Of a stretch of 1,170 nt of DNA, positions 1 to 1,170 are shown one piece after another. The stretch lies in sequence record OR846254.1. One strand, written 5' to 3'. The notes below the pieces were generated by a model. That model was not told the DNA's origin. It saw only the letters and a program-made list of their open reading frames with translations, and did not search any database. Within the stretch, counting starts at the first letter, position 1. Each line of letters starts with the position of its first letter. This DNA comes from a phage. The translations under genes and the position numbers were made by a program.

Positions 1-1170
1 AACCGGCCACCACCACGTTCAGGATTAATGCACCTGCGGTACCCGCCACGATTGAGCTGACACCGGGCTATTTTCAGATAACCGCCACGCCGCATCTTGC
101 GGTTTATGATCCGACGGTACAGTTTGAGTTCTGGTTCTCGGAAACGCGGATTGCGGATATCAGGCAGGTTGAAACCACAGCCCGCTACCTTGGCACGGGG
201 CTGTACTGGATAGCCGCCAGTATCAATATCAAACCGGGCCATGATTATTACTTTTATATCCGCAGTGTGAACACCGTTGGCAAATCGGCATTCGTGGAGG
301 CTGTTGGCCAGCCGAGTGATGATGCATCCGGCTATCTGGATTTTTTCAAAGGAGAAATCGGGAAAACACATCTGGCCCAGGAGCTGTGGACGCAGATTGA
401 TAACGGTCAGCTTGCGCCGGACCTGGCTGAAATCAGGACGTCCATTACGAATGTCAGCAATGAAATCACGCAGACCGTCAATAAGAAACTGGAAGACCAG
501 AGTGCAGCGATCCAGCAGATACAGAAGGTTCAGGTTGATACAAATAATAACCTGAACAGCATGTGGGCAGTGAAGCTGCAGCAGATGCAGGACGGACGCC
601 TTTATATTGCGGGTATCGGTGCCGGTATTGAGAATACGCCAGCAGGAATGCAGAGTCAGGTGCTGCTGGCGGCAGACAGGATTGCGATGATTAATCCTGC
701 GAATGGCAACACAAAGCCGATGTTTGTTGGTCAGGGCGATCAGATATTCATGAATGAAGTGTTCCTGAAATATCTGACGGCTCCCACCATTACCAGTGGC
801 GGCAATCCTCCGGCATTTTCCCTGACATCAGACGGAAAGCTGACCGCTAAAAATGCGGATATCAGTGGCAGTGTGAATGCGAACTCAGGGACGCTCAACA
901 ACGTCACGATTAACGAGAACTGTCAGATTAAGGGGAAACTGTCAGCCAACCAGATTGAAGGCGATATTGTCAAAACGGTCAGCAAGTCTTTCCCCCGCAC
1001 GAGCACTTATGCCAGTGGCACCATCACGGTAAGAATCAGTGATGATCAGAAGTTTGACCGGCAGGTCATGATACCGCCAGTGTTATTCCGCGGTGGTAAG
1101 CATGAGAATTTCAACAGTAATAACCAACAGTCATACTGGTATTCAACCTGCCGGTTAAGAGTGACCCGCA
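1..1170 (+). CDS. J: Phage host-specificity / tail-tip attachment protein J (lambda gpJ family), internal fragment truncated at both ends by the window; codons are in frame 3 (first complete codon nt 3-5, last nt 1167-1169)
   Basis: Frame 3 is open across all 389 codons (chance of no stop in 389 random codons is about 1e-8), while frames 1 and 2 hit stops within the first 60 nt. The translation contains long motifs I recognise from lambda gpJ and its prophage homologues: [109 protein letters not shown], and FDRQ....P..FRG. No ATG with a ribosome-binding site and no stop codon lie in this frame, so both gene ends are outside the window. Family assignment is from recalled sequence, not a database search. 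Confidence 0.9.
3..329 (+). other. Conserved lambda-J-like block (aa 1-109 of the window translation), ending in the [35 protein letters not shown] motif; probably the end of a beta-rich (fibronectin-III-like) domain of the tail tip protein
   Basis: High apparent identity to recalled lambda gpJ sequence over [52 protein letters not shown]. The composition, with alternating aromatic and aliphatic residues ([18 protein letters not shown]), suits beta strands. The domain assignment is inference. Confidence 0.5.
330..569 (+). other. Central block that appears divergent from lambda J (aa 110-189), including a Gln/Asn-rich segment with predicted coiled-coil character: [33 protein letters not shown]
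   Basis: This stretch ([76 protein letters not shown]) does not match what I recall of lambda gpJ at the equivalent position, whereas both flanks do. Polar Q/N/K/E residues alternate with periodically spaced hydrophobics (I, V, L, A). Confidence 0.4.
570..920 (+). other. Second conserved lambda-J-like block (aa 190-306): [17 protein letters not shown]...[86 protein letters not shown]
   Basis: Near-identical to recalled lambda gpJ motifs ([55 protein letters not shown]), with only scattered substitutions. Confidence 0.55.
921..1169 (+). other. Start of the distal, receptor-recognition portion of J (aa 307-389), which appears divergent from lambda; truncated by the window end
   Basis: From [86 protein letters not shown] onward only isolated anchor residues (ENC, GDIVK, FDRQ, FRG, a second Cys) match my recollection of lambda gpJ. 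In lambda the C-terminal portion of J carries the LamB-binding host-range determinants. Confidence 0.45.

Noticed and set aside
152-163. Exact 12-bp direct repeat tgcggatatcag at nt 152-163 and again at nt 854-865
   Set aside because: Both copies are in frame 3 and encode the same short peptide (ADI-R and ADI-S). A single 12-mer repeat in 1.17 kb is only mildly improbable by chance and is explained by a recurring peptide motif in one protein. It has no flanking inverted repeats and no mobile-element or CRISPR character.
241-260. AT-rich stretch atgattattacttttatatc resembling promoter -10 elements
   Set aside because: It lies in the middle of the coding frame, where it encodes the conserved HDYYFYI motif. 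The AT-richness follows from Tyr, Phe and Ile codons. No paired -35 element at proper spacing and no downstream gene start exist in the window.
277-555. The 92-aa ORF from the supplied track (frame 1, product [92 protein letters not shown])
   Set aside because: It lies wholly inside the far longer, well-supported frame-3 J reading frame on the same strand. It starts at a TTG rather than ATG, with no Shine-Dalgarno-like purine run upstream (upstream is cagtgtgaacaccg). Its Arg/Ser/Trp-rich low-complexity composition is typical of an out-of-frame shadow ORF. I see no evidence of a genuine overlapping gene.
1-1170. Search for CRISPR repeats, tRNA or other structured RNA, insertion-sequence terminal inverted repeats, and rho-independent terminators
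   Set aside because: No regularly spaced direct repeats, no cloverleaf-compatible segments, no terminal inverted repeats, and no GC-rich hairpin followed by a T-tract were seen. The window is continuously coding on the + strand.
1-1170. The possibility that the window encodes a novel defence or other undescribed system
   Set aside because: The sequence is fully accounted for by a single fragment of a known phage structural gene family (gpJ). There is no unexplained ORF, no intergenic space and no minus-strand coding signal. Anything novel would have to lie in flanking sequence not shown.

Overview
The whole window is an internal fragment of one long + strand gene, read in frame 3 (nt 3-1169, 389 codons, no stop codon, no start or end inside the window). 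The translation is recognisably a lambda-family host-specificity / tail-tip attachment protein J (gpJ, central tail fibre) from a lambdoid phage or prophage of the kind found in Enterobacteriaceae. It runs ...[47 protein letters not shown]...[20 protein letters not shown]...[73 protein letters not shown]...[20 protein letters not shown]... The one ORF in the supplied track (277-555, frame 1) is an out-of-frame shadow ORF inside this gene and is not called. I see no RNA genes, CRISPR repeats, insertion-sequence ends or intergenic regulatory DNA. I do not find evidence of a novel system here; the points worth a second look are the apparent mosaic structure of this J allele (a divergent central block and a divergent distal receptor-recognition portion flanking conserved lambda-like blocks), which bears on host range. 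All comparisons to lambda J are from memory and need a real alignment.
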